DNA of 64,000 bases from a virus: IMG/VR virus record IMGVR_UViG_3300029793_000467; one strand, 5' to 3'. The notes below the pieces were generated by a model. The model had not been told where the DNA came from and searched no databases. It worked only from the letters and a program-made list of their open reading frames with translations. Position numbers and translations under genes: made by a program. This document shows positions 63,601 to 64,000 of this stretch, one piece after another (within the stretch, counting starts at the first letter, position 1; every line of letters starts with the position of its first letter).

Positions 63601-64000
63601 GTGTTAGAGCATGGCGAAGAACTTAACCTGAGAATGTTGCAACCATTGGACACGGACACTACGGCTGGCATACTTCGCGAATCCGGCTATCTGGTTCCAT
63701 TATCCAAGTGGAGCAAGGCCCGGCAAGACTACAAAGGCAATACCGACCGTTGGGCGTTCAATATCATGGCATGTGCTTTCATTGGCCTCATGGTCGCCTG
63801 TTTGGAAATGTGGTCTACCCGAAATATTCCAATCAAACTTCCGAAATATACTCCCGTAGCCGTTTTTCTACTGGGTTTCGCTTTTGGTTGGGTGCAACTG
63901 TTAGGCACGTCCGATAGGCGGAAAAGGGTTTTTCGACCGAAGCCGGATAATCCAGTCCAAGTATTGGAGTCTACTTTCGACGTTCATGTGGCTGGAGACA
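63601..64000 (+). CDS. hypothetical membrane protein (partial, runs off window)
   Basis: Open frame to the end of the window. Confidence 0.3.
   Translation, partial: MLEHGEELNLRMLQPLDTDTTAGILRESGYLVPLSKWSKARQDYKGNTDRWAFNIMACAFIGLMVACLEMWSTRNIPIKLPKYTPVAVFLLGFAFGWVQLLGTSDRRKRVFRPKPDNPVQVLESTFDVHVAGD

Noticed and set aside
1-64000. Integrase, relaxase, tRNA attachment site
   Set aside because: None recognised in this window. A plasmid versus ICE call and the oriT location therefore remain open.

Overview
This 64-kb window is a GC-rich (Gram-positive, probably actinobacterial) mobile element that combines a plasmid-type replicon, a conjugation-like membrane machinery cluster and a large 'leading-region-like' accessory array. 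No rRNA, tRNA or CRISPR arrays were found. The host assignment rests on high-GC codon usage, extended -10 promoters and a LAxTG sortase signal.

The left ~23 kb (1-23200) is one long minus-strand array of about 45 small genes, mostly of unknown function. Recognisable members include an ArdC-like anti-restriction protein, a DnaQ-like 3'-5' exonuclease, a GNAT acetyltransferase, an RNA-ligase-like protein next to an ATP-grasp protein, a DUF3310-like domain fused to a C-terminal HTH (DUF3310-HTH), and an RHH protein plus an excisionase-like HTH. The array is interrupted by a plus-strand IS200/IS605-family TnpB-only insertion (11866-13314) and by a degraded locus (18500-19980) containing an Abi_2-like gene fragment.

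Almost every gene in this array, and several plus-strand genes on the right side, is preceded 25-60 bp upstream by the same ~25-bp promoter-like element. In gene orientation it reads TGnTATACT GGAATTGTTCACACA, an extended -10 followed by a conserved initial-transcribed region. There are at least 24 copies. A second conserved ~40-bp element (ATTGGAAGACTGCCGTATTACTACTTCCTTCTACTTCTC) occurs 3 times in full and 2 times in part.

The region 23691-29393 is a minus-strand operon encoding a ParB-like nuclease-domain protein, a DnaB replicative helicase and an SPFH/flotillin protein.

The right half is plus-stranded. It encodes an AAA+ ATPase and a possible replication-initiator-like protein, followed by a ~700-bp extremely A-rich, T-depleted non-coding tract (34595-35255). 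A conjugation-like cluster follows: a CpaE/ParA-like ATPase, an 886-aa membrane-anchored P-loop ATPase, a pilin-like small membrane protein flanked by terminators, and a 1343-aa polytopic membrane protein.

Next comes a partition and replication module: ParA, a ParB/ParG-like protein, and a minus-strand Rep-like gene with six 22-bp iterons and an AT-rich unwinding region (47800-49190). Downstream are secreted and surface proteins (a Ser/Asp-rich secreted protein, a membrane-anchored DUF1524/HNH-like nuclease, a LAxTG-anchored repeat protein), an orphan DNA methyltransferase, an ImmR/ImmA-like regulatory pair with a structured leader, and an AT-hook protein.

No integrase or relaxase was recognised, so plasmid versus ICE cannot be decided from this window.
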